Assembly (NCBI RefSeq): GCF_000400465.1
Contig: NW_008806278.1
Span: 202,592-234,591 of the forward strand
Direction: 5' to 3'
From: Wallemia ichthyophaga EXF-994
Taxonomy: Eukaryota > Fungi > Basidiomycota
Length of the DNA: 32,000 nucleotides
Shown: one piece after another, positions 1-12,000 of the stretch
Position numbering within the stretch: position 1 is the first letter of the stretch
How the letters are laid out: every line of letters begins with the position of its first letter
Notes under the pieces: model-generated
Seen by the model: only the letters and a program-made list of their open reading frames with translations
What the model was told of the DNA's origin: nothing
Databases searched by the model: none
Made by a program: the position numbers and the translations under genes

Positions 1-3000
1 TTGAAGATGGAGCAGTATGCTAATGGAACTAGCACTCTCTACAAGTTGCTATGTAGAGCCACAACTGACGAAACCAAACCTTCGTCATCTACTGCTCTCA
101 TTCATTTCAAAATCAGGTCAAAAGCGCTGATGCTCATTAATCACAATCACAATCTTGACTTGAATCTTTGGTGGACTCAAGGCTGGAAGTTTGGCTTGTC
201 ATTGCTGAGATCAGCTGAGGATGCTCTGACACCCTACACAAACGAGGTCAAGCCTTTTTGGTCTAAAATGGTTGAGTTTGCACAAGATCGTAACCACTCA
301 AGGTTCATTGAGGAGAACGGATGGATTGAGTTCTGTGAGGGCTGGATGGGTATAGCAAAGAAGCTTGAAGATTTACCTTCTTTGAAATTACTAGCCCAGC
401 TTCTGTCAAATGAGCATCAAGTCAACACAGAAGAAACCGACAACCTAGCCACAGACATGTCATCCTTAAATTTGACAGGTGATGCCGAAAGCCTTTTCGC
501 TAAGTACAACGTGATTTTGCTGACAGCTACCGCTAACTTGGCATCAAAATCGAACATGCAAGACCTCGAGGAGAAAGAATGTTCCAAACTCACTCACGTG
601 TTGGATTCTTTAAAGTACCTTAATCTTGACGACGGAAAATTGCACAAAACCGAGAAAATCATTGATGGTATTCGAAGATCATTGTACCATAAGTTATCGC
701 AATTTAGCGAAATCAACGAATCGAACGCTAAAGCCTTAAATCTTTACGACGGCATCGCACTTTGGACAGAGTATCATCTCAAGGTGAGTTTATTGATTTA
801 CTGTTACTTGTCTGACGACATATTTAGCAAAGCAGAGCATTGTCTCCCCCAATTCTGTATGGTACACTAGACTCGCTACTACAGCTTTCTCAACTTTCGC
901 TGAAAGATAGCCAAACCTCTTTCTCCTATCTAATTAGAGCATTGGAGTTTATCGAACCATTGAGGTCACCACAGGCCAACAGACTTCTCGCCTCAGCATT
1001 TTGGAACTGGTCATGTGTACTATTTCAGGATGGTAAAGCAGGTACAGAAGCACAATGCATTCCTGCAGTCGAAAGCTGCTTACATGTCGCTGAGTATGGG
1101 ATCAGAATGTGTAAAGACAGCATTTCAAGGCAACCAAACGAAGATCTAGTTAAAGGTGACAAAGAGATATTAAATATCATGATCGATCAACGGCCTAGAC
1201 GTTATGAGCTACTAGCAATTTGCTATTCAAAGGTTCACGACAACCATTCGGCCTATGATGCCTTTAGCAAATCAATCATATGCTCACTGCAAACGACGTC
1301 ACCACCAATAAACACTGAAACGGGCGATCTTAATGATTCTCAAAACTTCCAAGCTATCGTTAAGAAAGCTATGCAAATCGGACTATCGAAACTCATGTTG
1401 AAACCGCAAGAAATTTCTTTCAATAGTCGTGCAGAGGATGAAAATATCGAGAAAAATGTCAAGTGTAGTTTAATAGAGTTACAAGTGGGACAAATTGAAG
1501 AGCGTGGGTGGTCGGATCGTGATACCTGCTCCGCAATTCTCTTCATGCTGCTAGAGTTGATCAGCCCTAGCGGATACAGTGTGGAGGAGCATCCTCTTAG
1601 GAGGGTGATCGTACTTTTAAGATTGATGGAGCAGGTTGTACTTGGTCCTTCAGTTTTTCTTGACGATATGCAGATACCGGCGCCAGAAGTCATATTCGAA
1701 GAAGTTCGGTCAATTTTACAGGGTCAAGATTACAAAGAAGATGACACATTCAAAGTCTACACAATGAGTTTCATGTTATCCGCTCATATGTATTTAGCTA
1801 TATACTACTACAGATCGAGTGATACCGCACTAGAAGGTTCATCTTCAGCCTTGAGAGAAGCAAGACATACAAAGGAAATATTAAAGTCACTTTTAGGTAC
1901 CGGATCTCAAAGAAAGAGCTCTATCATGAGAGACAACAACTTACATTCTCTTCTTCCCCCAAGTCAGAACAGTAAATCAAACGACGCAGCGCCGAAAACT
2001 CGTAATGGTTCAGTGAATCAAACAGCAGATACGCGCACAACTCGTAGCCGTACAGCGGCATCAGCTACAAATCAGTCTTCTAAACCAGCGACGGCCCGCC
2101 CTGTTCGTCCGGTTGCTGCTACAAGGAGAGTAGTCAAACCATCAACCATAAAGAATGCAGTAACGTCGAATAAAGGTATCAAAGAAACTAAAGTAGAAGT
2201 TTCCAAAAATAACCTCGTCTATGATATTGAGAGGTGTTATAATGCGCTACAGATGGTAACTGAGATGCTCGGGGTACTAGGACACACATTTCTTAGACTT
2301 GATTTTCTCAAGCTACTTAGGAAACTTTGTCATAGTCAGCAACGGAATGGCAACAACAGTTCTGAAGACTATTTGTTAGCATCAACAACGTTAGCAGCAG
2401 AGTATGTCAAGATTGGTAAGATTTATCGAGCAGGTTCCGTATTTGCACAGGTTGCTACAATGAAGGAAGCGGAAGTACCATCAGATAAAACATCAGAGTC
2501 TTGGATAGCTTCTCAAATGGAATTCAAATTGAGATACTCTGAGTACTTGGCTATCACAGGAAATGTTGAGAAGAGGTAAGCAGTTGTATAAATGTGTGAA
2601 ATTAGACTAACAGCGACCTTAGCTTGATTGCGTACAATGACGCCTATGCCCTCAAAGAGCTGTATGATGCTACTGTCGACAAGGAACACCTGAAAAATCC
2701 ATTGACGAGGACTTTGAATTTTGAAAGGACAGCAATTGCAGCTACAGTATATGCATCAATAGCTTACAATCGAGAAGATGTACCAACTGCATTAAAATGT
2801 CTAGCTCAAGCGCTAAGATTATTTAATAATGCCGCACGTCAATTGTCTAAGTTGACTCCAACAATTGATTCGTCATCGAATAAAGACAACGATGATCCGT
2901 TTTCAATGGATGTAGACGAGAAAAAGGCTAGGCAAGTTAGCTCTCATTCAAATGTGTTTGAGAATAGACGCTGTACGGGCCTTCATTGGAGAATATCGCA

Positions 3001-5753
3001 GTCACTATTTGATTGCTTGCTGTTACTGTCAACAATTTACACTAGCAGAGGATCTTCAAGAGAAGCAGGTTTCTTTCTTGATCAGGCTTTCGAGCTCACA
3101 GAAACGTTAGCATCGCCAAACTTTAATGCAAAGATCAATGCAGCTAAGGCAGAGCTTAATATGTCTTTGTCTAACTTAGATGAAGCTAAGAAAGAGATTG
3201 ATATGGCTTTACTTTCGTTAGGTGGACAAGATGACACAGAGTCGTCTGTTTTGATCAAGAAAGCGAAAGGAGACTTACTGTTCAAGTTACAGTCTAACGT
3301 TGATGCATCCGCAGGTTATCTTTCTGCTTGTCTAATTTTGGAGAGATTAGACAAAACTTACAGTGAAGCAGAAACACTGTTTACATCACCCAAGAAGACT
3401 GTTAGTGCTAAAAGTGAATCCAATCTTTTAACGGACTATGATCCATTACTACCTGATATTTTTGGACATTTGTTGCGTCAAAGAATATGGCTGCTTAGTG
3501 AAGACGAGAAGAATAATGAAAGCCAAAAGCTTTTGGATAGGTTGTTCGATTTTCCAGCAACATCAACCAATAAAGCAGAAGAAAATATGCTTTTAGGTAA
3601 AATGCGATTAAGAGAGGCGTATAATAGCTTCCAGAGTGACTTGTTTATGTCGTCTCTATCAGATGCTTGTGAGTATGGAAAAAATAGAGCACTGACCTTG
3701 ATGTTGATAAGAATACAGTGATATCAATACCATGTGGATCAACGTCAAGTAATACTTCCAATCGCTTGACATCGCGCCAACCAAGCATAGAAACATTAGC
3801 GGATGCTGAAAAATTTTTCACGAGTGCACTCGAATTGAATATTGATAGGGCTCCTGTTAAAGACATTAGACAGGCTTGTCTAGCAATCGCATTAATCAAA
3901 TCATTTCAAACATCACTTGGTAAGGTTAGTAAAAGCAATTCAACATTAGCAGCGGCATACTTAGATCTTGGGTCGGCCATTACATTACGTAGAGAGCTTT
4001 TGGAGGTGATTGATAATAAATTGGCTACTAATGAAGCTCGAAATGATATGAATTGGCCTGCTATAGATCAACTTAGTTCAATGAGAATGCTCACACCTTT
4101 AAATAAACGATCAAAGAAGTTGTTCATGCCTTCACCTTCACCATTAGGGTCACCAATGTACGAGAAAGACAATCTTTTTAACGAGGATCTAAAGATCAAC
4201 AAGTACTGGGAGGGTGTAAGAATGAGGCACGTTAAGGAGTTTTCAGAACCTGAGCAGGGTGTGCGCGATACTATCAATAAATTACCAAGGAACTTTACAG
4301 TAATCTCAATATCAATAACCGATGATAAAAAAACAATGTTCGTTGTGAAGTACAGAAAGAATTTAGAACCGTTGGTAGTTTCACTACCTTTAGACAACAG
4401 ACAAAACAAGCGTGAAGGTGGCGGAGAAGAAGGAGCATTTACTTATATGGATGCAATGAATGAACTCGAGAGTGTCATTGAAGAGAGCGATGATTCAATC
4501 AAATCAGCAAGTGATGGTAATGTCAAAAGTGATGATGAAAAGGTTGCATGGTGGAATAAGCGCAAAACATTAGATTCAAGGATGAGACAATTGGTGAAGA
4601 ATATTGAGTTTTGTTGGTTAGGAGTATTCAAATCATTGTTTATCAAACCAACTGCAACGTCAGAAAGTGCACTTAATGGATTGAGAGGATGTCTCGAGAA
4701 AGTATTTAAGAAGCATATCCATACCAGCGGAAGAAAGAAGCCAGTTACTAAAGTGAAGTTGGATGATGCATTACTAGAATGCTTCTCAGCTTTATCTACA
4801 AATTGCAAAGATGAGGAGCTTGAAGACTTGATATACTTTGTTTTAGATATCTACTTATTCCATGGAATACAATTAGCGCTTTCGGAGATTGATATTGATC
4901 AAGCCACAATTGATATTCGTAGCGCATTGGAAGAGTATCACAATAAGTATGCTGATAATAAAGATGAAGGCAAAGTGGAGCATACCTTTATAACATTGGA
5001 TAAGTTAACACAATCTATGCCATGGGAATCTATACCTGGATTAAGAAATCAAAGTGTTTCAAGGATACCATCAGTAGGTTTCTTGAGAGATAGACTAGAT
5101 TATATCAATTTCTTGAATCAGGATAGATTATATGTCAATCCAAGGAATACTTACTGTTTGATTAATCCTTCTGGAGACTTGAAGCGAACAGAAAAGAAGT
5201 TTGGCGGATGGTTTGAAGAAATGAAAGCATTTGGATGGAAAGGTATAGTTGGGAGAGAGCCACTTGAGGTGGAGTTGTCGAATGCGTTAGAAACATCAGA
5301 TTTATTCATCTACTTTGGACATGGAGGTGGACAGAAATACATTAGATCACAGAAGATAAGGAATATGCCCAAGTGCGCAAGTACGATGTTATGGGGATGC
5401 TCATCAGGATCATTGAAAAGCAATGGAGATTTTGACAGTAATGGCAATCCAAACAACTATCTGTTGGCCGGATGTCCTTGCTTAGTAGCTAATTTGTGGG
5501 ATGTCACAGATAGAGAGTGAGTGGAAAGTTGGACGAAAAAGCGATTACTAATAGATGTGATAGTATTGACAGATTATCAGAAAGTGTTTTAGATAAAATA
5601 GGATTAAACAGCGAGTCAATGAGGAGTGAAACTGTTGGAGAGAGTATAACATTAACACAATCAGTTGCAGAATCGCGAAGAGAGTGTAGATTGAAGTATT
5701 TAACAGGTTCAGCTGTTGTGGTTTATGGGATACCGATTCAATTGAGAAGATAG
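1..5753 (+). CDS. ESP1: Separase (peptidase C50), 5' end lies upstream of the window; spliced
   Basis: Track ORFs join through GT-AG introns at 784-827, 2576-2613, 3669-3718 and 5517-5563. The C-terminus carries the catalytic motifs YFGHGGG and LWGCSSG plus NLWDVTDRDIDR after splicing. Stop at 5751-5753. Confidence 0.95.
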
Positions 5754-5808
5754 AAGATTGTTGTATAGTACATGCTCAATAAATGGAATACAGAGATTAA
5801 AAGGATGT

Positions 5809-6235
5809 TTAATAAGTAAGAGGATGTATCGGCTCTGCCAAAATATTTGTCCAATCTTGGTTGTCGTCTATATCGGTATCTAGTTCAGAAGCACAGACTC
5901 TAAAGATATGGATGAGTGGAAGCGCAGGAGGAATAAAAAAAAACTCACAAGTTATCGCCTTTAATGAGGTACAAACCTAGAGGGACAATCTCGACGCCTT
6001 CATCTTTACTGAAAACACGTTCAAACGACGAAGACAGTATAATGTTTGATTTATCATCAAAGCCTTGTAATAGACCCTTTGAAGAGGTTAATAATTTTAA
6101 TTTATTTGGCGACTTCTTACTAAAATACATCTACCATCCGTTGTTATCAGTAGCAGTTTCTCTGAATAAGGGATTAGTGTACAAACGAAACCAAGAAATC
6201 AACTGACTGTTAAAATAATTACTTAATTCACTCAT
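5809..6235 (-). CDS. LSM8: U6 snRNA-associated Sm-like protein Lsm8; 4 exons
   Basis: Manual splicing gives MSELSNYFNKKLLLITTDGRCIL-GLLQGFDDKSNIILSSSFERVFSKDEGVEIVPLGLYLIKGDNL-VCASELDTDIDDNQDWTNILAEPIHPLTY*. Sm1/Sm2 motifs and the C-terminal AEP motif fit Lsm8 better than Lsm1. ATG at 6235-6233. Confidence 0.88.
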
Positions 6236-6241
6236 TTAACA

Positions 6242-6634
6242 ATGTCGGCTATTTTCAATTCTACAAAGTTTAAAAACAAGAATCAACTCAAATTATATCA
6301 ACTATTTTTATTGAATTTACAGTTGGATGAGTTGGATAAGGCTAAAAGGGCTATTGCCTTGTTGATTAGACAGAATCTATCAAGCCATTTATTATTCGAA
6401 ATCCTTGATTTCATTGATTTGATAGATGACGACGATATTTTAAACATATTAAAAGTGCTAGTTATCAAGCAGAATAATGTTCACCTTCTGAAGTACTATT
6501 TATACTCGCTCATCAAGCATGACAAATTGTCAGAAAGTTTTCAGCATTTAGAATTTTATATATATTCTCAGCCATTTACGGAAGATGACCAACTACAACG
6601 ATTACATAAGCAATTATCAGCCACTCAGCAATGA
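6242..6634 (+). CDS. 130-aa protein, possibly a minimal Rrn11/TAF1A-like RNA polymerase I initiation factor
   Basis: Intronless ATG-to-TGA ORF. LYQLFLLNLQLDELDKAKRAIALLIR and HLEFYIYSQPFTEDDQL resemble, from recall, the conserved helices of fungal Rrn11-family proteins. Confidence 0.5.
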   Translation: MSAIFNSTKFKNKNQLKLYQLFLLNLQLDELDKAKRAIALLIRQNLSSHLLFEILDFIDLIDDDDILNILKVLVIKQNNVHLLKYYLYSLIKHDKLSESFQHLEFYIYSQPFTEDDQLQRLHKQLSATQQ

Positions 6635-7107
6635 TTAGAATATTCACCAGGCCATCTACTAGGTCATTTTCTTCCACCAGGCTTCTTAGAAGCGACCCGT
6701 ATAAACTACCTTTCGATCCATCACTATCTTCTTCCTCTCAATCTCAAGATCTAGATGAAACGTTATTCCCCCAACCAATCAAACGACACAATGAAGACAT
6801 TCACAAGAAAAGAGCAAGATTGATCTATCAATCAAGGCACAGAGGTACCTTGGAATCTGACCTCATCTTATCCACCTTTGCTAAGGATTATTTACCATCA
6901 ATGACTCTAAACGAGCTTATTGAATTCGATCAACTAATGGATGAGCCTGACTGGGATATTTATTATTGGTCTTTAGATCGTAAGCAACCGCCTGCGAAAT
7001 GGCTTAACCACCCCTTATTAAATAAACTTAAATTACACGTTCAAAATCACGACAAGGTAACTAGATTCATGCCACCAATCAATCAATTTTATAATAAGTC
7101 ATCTTAG
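6631..7107 (+). CDS. SDH5: Succinate dehydrogenase assembly factor 2 (flavinylation factor)
   Basis: Arg/Ser-rich mitochondrial-type presequence, then KRARLIYQSRHRGTLESDLILSTFA and EFDQLMDEPDWDIYYW motifs of the Sdh5 family. Confidence 0.95.
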   Translation: MIRIFTRPSTRSFSSTRLLRSDPYKLPFDPSLSSSSQSQDLDETLFPQPIKRHNEDIHKKRARLIYQSRHRGTLESDLILSTFAKDYLPSMTLNELIEFDQLMDEPDWDIYYWSLDRKQPPAKWLNHPLLNKLKLHVQNHDKVTRFMPPINQFYNKSS

Positions 7108-8121
7108 CATTCTTGTTCTCTCCATCAATGCATCTCTTGGCTCTATCTTATATCCTCCACCCCATCTCTTCTTTAAATTATTATTGCTGCCTTTGTGACC
7201 CTGTTGCGATCTCAAGAACATCTGAAATTCCTCAATCTTATTATCGTCTATCGTCATCCTTTGATCTACACTTCCTCCACCGGCTCTGTTCCCAACATTC
7301 CTCATCATCCACAAGAATCCTAGCAAAACTAATATCAACATAGCGCCTCTTAGCCCTATCTCATTTGCAAACCCTTCTAATATCTCTGCAAACGCTGCTG
7401 CCCCGACTCTTGCTATGCCCACTGTCGTCGGATCCCTGTGCATACATTGCTCAAAATGTATACATGCGTCTTCACTAACTGGTACCCTCGTCGATGGATC
7501 ACATTGATTTAGCGCGTATGACCTCGCACATGCTGATGATTCTGAGTTTAATGACTGTACGTATACTTCTACTTTGTGCTCAACGTCTTTTAATATCGTT
7601 CGTACTAGTTTGAATGCTAATAATGATAAACCTAATAGTAAGAATAAATTGAAACCCATTTGTGCATAAGTTGATAATAATTTTGGTATATCTTGTTGGT
7701 ATCTATAATCTAATCTATCATCTTCGTCTTTTGTATTCTCCTTGCTCTGTTGATTTCGTATTCTCTTTTTACGCATTTTATTAACTGCGCTATTAGAAAC
7801 CTTCAATTTATTGTCTTCATTACTCGTACTTAAGTCTGTCATTTCAACTTCACCTAAACCGAGCGATGCTTTAACGTCCCATTTAAAATTATCATAATCT
7901 TTCTTCTCAATATCAGCATTATTAGGCTCAACATCCACTTTATTGAAAAGGAATGGCGTGTTGCTCCCAACCAAATTACTCCTTCTGTCATCGTCTTTGA
8001 ATGTTACGTTTTCATTGCTTCTAAAGCTCATCTCATTATCGTATTCATTATGCGTTCTTTTCAATGGTCTATCACTGTATTTAAAATCCATAGGCGCTTC
8101 CATCGACCGACCGAAAGACAT
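7099..8121 (-). CDS. BRL1: Nuclear envelope protein Brl1/Brr6 family
   Basis: N-terminal EAPMDF motif, two hydrophobic segments flanking the four-cysteine Brr6-like domain (CARSYALNQC...C...EQCMHRDP). First ATG at 8121-8119; the track start at 8136 is a TTG. Confidence 0.9.
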   Translation of the reverse strand: MSFGRSMEAPMDFKYSDRPLKRTHNEYDNEMSFRSNENVTFKDDDRRSNLVGSNTPFLFNKVDVEPNNADIEKKDYDNFKWDVKASLGLGEVEMTDLSTSNEDNKLKVSNSAVNKMRKKRIRNQQSKENTKDEDDRLDYRYQQDIPKLLSTYAQMGFNLFLLLGLSLLAFKLVRTILKDVEHKVEVYVQSLNSESSACARSYALNQCDPSTRVPVSEDACIHFEQCMHRDPTTVGIARVGAAAFAEILEGFANEIGLRGAMLILVLLGFLWMMRNVGNRAGGGSVDQRMTIDDNKIEEFQMFLRSQQGHKGSNNNLKKRWGGGYKIEPRDALMERTRMLR

Positions 8122-9008
8122 CGTCGCGGTTAACAACCAAGGGAAAGATATATGTGAATATCATTGGTTATTTTTAAAAAAAACTTTAATCTAATATTAC
8201 TCAATACACGTCGTATACACGTGGATACATATGCCAAAACTCCGTCGATACATCTCACCAACTCAAACAGAAACAGTGTGGTAAGAGAATCTTTTGAATA
8301 TTGTTTACAATCAGCAAAAAGCTGGGCTGGTTATACTGTGCTTCCTGTGCGGACGTCATCTGTAATGCTAGATGTTAGTGGACGAAGATGCACAGCAGAT
8401 TTGAATTCTTGAATATTGAGATTAGTTATTTCAGCATATTCAAACCCGGTTGAACACGGCTTCCGTACTTCTAGCTACCTTTTTCATGATGATGATATAT
8501 GGGCAGACACCCACCAGGGGATAACGTTATCTATCAGGGTAAATGTATACATCGATAAAAAGTTGTTGAACATTTGCATGCGTCGATCTACCTTTCATTC
8601 AATCGACTCTGGTTACTTAATTGATACGTTCCACGAAGGCAATCATTGCGAAATTGGGAGGTGCTACATAATAAAGTAAGTCATCAAAGCTGTTTCAAAG
8701 AAGTTTGTTTCTTCATCTCATATTTGCAACGTCAGTTGTCGAGTATATCCAACACATTGAAAGCTTTCGATTTTATCAGGCCTTTTAGAGCTTGTTGGGA
8801 TGTTTCAGGATGTCCTTAGCTTGGTAAAGTAGCTCAAGATAAGACTTGATATGTCGATTTCAGCGTCTTCCAAAGAGCTAGCAGAGTTTAGTTTTTCACT
8901 TGAGGCGCTAAATGCGATGACAGAAGAAAACTGATTACAGTCAGCAGTGTATTTCAGCTACAGCCAAGAGTAAATTGCGTTTGCAGGTACTACAAAATGC
9001 CTCCTTCC

Positions 9009-12000
9009 TGTCCACAACTTTGTGTTGATCGCAGATTTTTACAATCGGATACAAAGCACCCATCGTTATCTTTCTCGAAGTTTGCTACTGCTGTGGCGAT
9101 AATCTTATTCGCAAGATAAACACAGTTGGTCTTAACGCTGCCACCGCTAAGTCGCATTACTAGCGAAATGATTGTATAAAGATTATTAAACACATTCAAT
9201 ACATGTTATAATGCATAAAGATTTTGCCATATCTCTCGTTGCAGTGCACAACCATAAAATCATACTAGTCGGCTCTACATCATTATGACTTCAGGACAAG
9301 TTTTAAGTTAGCAAAAAGGTTCAAATGCTGAAAAAAGTATTTAAGAATTATTGAAATAGTATAGGCTATTTTTTCGAATTGAAATTGCTCGGCTTATCCT
9401 GAAAAATATCAAGTAAGTGCGATGATGAGTACATTGAAATGGTGTGCTAGCATTATCCTTAGAAAAAATATTTTATTCTAAGCCTGCCAACATTATGATT
9501 TTACTATTTAATCATTCATTCACTCAATATTATTATATTAGATTTTCCTTCTATCAGACATCTCCAAAAAAGGAAATTATCTTATAGCTCTAGTTCAATT
9601 AAAAACTATTTGCTAGACTTGAAGCATTTGAGTACCAATTCCACCCTGTAAGCTGATTGAAGGGACCATTTTGATATGAATCTGAAACAAGAAATAGAGC
9701 AGACACGGAAGCACTTACGTGCTTAACAATGCAAAGCATCTTCATTGAATAAAATATTCTATTGTTGCTCAATACCTCAAGCATAGCCTTTCTAGGTGTG
9801 TGCTGCAGATCTGGACCCGCGACTTTCACATTATTCGATTTCGTTTCCTCACGTGTATATCTGTACGCTATAGATTTTAGTAGTGTAAATTTCAACCAAA
9901 TTCAATAGTAATATTAAAGAATATATTTTAACGAGTTGCATCAGAAAAAGGCTAACTGTGCAACCTTTTCAACTAGGTACGGGATGCGCAGAATGACTTT
10001 CATATCGGTCATATCAGGCAGAACTTCAAATTATCAGGCTAATGTATACAGAAGAGAGACATTAATATTTTGCAGACTTTTAAATCCCTTATTTCTGTGT
10101 TGTTCTCACCCATATCACGCATATTTGGACATACGATTCCCATTTTTGGCTTGAAGGTTCAAACGCGATTTATGGTGCGAATGAGGTTTGATTAGATGAA
10201 AATAATGTAAGAAGTGTGTGATAAAGTTCTAAACTCATTAAATTGAGTATTATAAATAGAATAACTCGCATTTCATAGGTTGTGCTCTATGCCAATATCA
10301 CGCAAACAGATGAGCCAGCTATTTGGGGGTTTCAAAGTGTGCTTTTATTGAAGTATTGAATGTTTGGAAAGTATTAAATCATTTTGAAAAGTATTAAATC
10401 ATTGTGCAACTGTGTTTTTTTAGGTGATTTTTGAGAAGAATGGTATAATCAAATCGAGTGACAAAGGAGGAAGTAATTGCGTGGAACATGGATGGGAAAT
10501 GACATTAATAAATGTCTGGTGTTTTATATTCGACGAAAATTTAGTTGGACACAGCCTTTTTGGAGGTCTGTGACGCAATGCTTCGCATCTTCACTCAGCA
10601 GATCAGCAGATGACATCACGAAACTTGAAAACCTTCAAAGCCCTTTTGGCTTACTTATACTAATAATATTTGATCTTGGTGGTACAGAGGAGCTTGATTT
10701 TCCGGTAATCGCTGATCTAGCTAGGGTATTCTGCCCTCATTGATGTCAGGAAGTGAAACCAAATTCATGTGATGCTGCATTGCACTTTCATCAAGACCAA
10801 TAAAAACGTGCGTTCACTTTATTAAGTTTCCAACTGATTACGTGTGTTTGCTGTATAATCGCTGAACAAGCCATTATTCAACTCAGCAGTGTTAGGCCAC
10901 GGACTCGGATTGATTCCAGCCTATTGTTAGATACTCATACTTCTAAGGGAATTTGAAGGCGTTAAGCTCTTTTTATTATAACAATTTGGGTATCGTTATG
11001 TGATAATCAGAATCGCAACCCAACTACTATTCAAAAGAACAAGATGCGTACATTGACTTCGGATACCATCCATCTTAACCACGAGTCCTCAGTGAGACTC
11101 TCAAATCCTTTACCTTAGTTTTCAAGGTAGTTTCAGCGGTGCGCACTCAATAGCCTTTCTTTTGTACGAAGGGTGCGCTAAAGATGTCATAGTTCCACTT
11201 GAGACCTCAGGGGAAGCAGTAGCAGCTGATGTTGATAATCGATGTCGTTCATAAAATGTAGCTTTTCAATTACGAACGATATCTTTTTGCGCAAGAAAGT
11301 GACCCTGAGACTCAAGACTACTAACGGTTAACCCGAGAATTCTGTATTCGTTGAGCATAACATCCTGCCAGCTTACGACTGAGTACCTCTTTCGGTTATG
11401 ATTGACCCATTCATCCAATAAATTCCAAGAAATCCCTATGCATTAATGGGGATCGAGATCCACCCACAATTCAACCAATCGGCATGCACTAGATTAGGTT
11501 ACAAGTATGAGCAATTGCAAAATGCCTAGATTAGATACACATCAGGCCTACTTTAATTCCCAAAATACGCAAAACCCTATGCCCTTATCGGCATGGAAAT
11601 TCATGCATTATACTCTCAACGTAACCCGTGCACTAGTATAAGTTTAATGGAAGTGTGAGTAATTTCAATAACAGTTGTACATATGATTGCTAAGCTTAAT
11701 TTGGTGTATAGGCTGTTGGAAGCTGAGCGTGTTGGCTTAGGTTTTGCTTAAAGATGAAGACGTGATGTTGGTACCTGATTTAAAAAGGTGGCCATGATTG
11801 TAAGCCGTTAATGTGTCTAACTAGAACGATGTACCACCTATAAACTTTTATACAATCGCTGGTGTATGCTCCCCACTGAGCTGACACAGGCAGAAGGAAT
11901 TAGGATTCATATAGGTTTAATACTGTTTCAAGGCCGTAAAGTTCCCAACGATTCTAGAACACAACTATGAATTCATCATGACACATTAATTACATTCGAG

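Noticed and set aside
1340-4808. Minus-strand ORFs within separase, and similar antisense or off-frame ORFs inside TAF12, KAR3, MON1, MED1 and RACK1
   Set aside because: Shadow frames of real genes with no independent coding signature.
8164-8679. ORFs 8164-8412 and 8416-8679 as protein-coding genes
   Set aside because: Non-ATG starts, no motif, and no convincing splice pattern.
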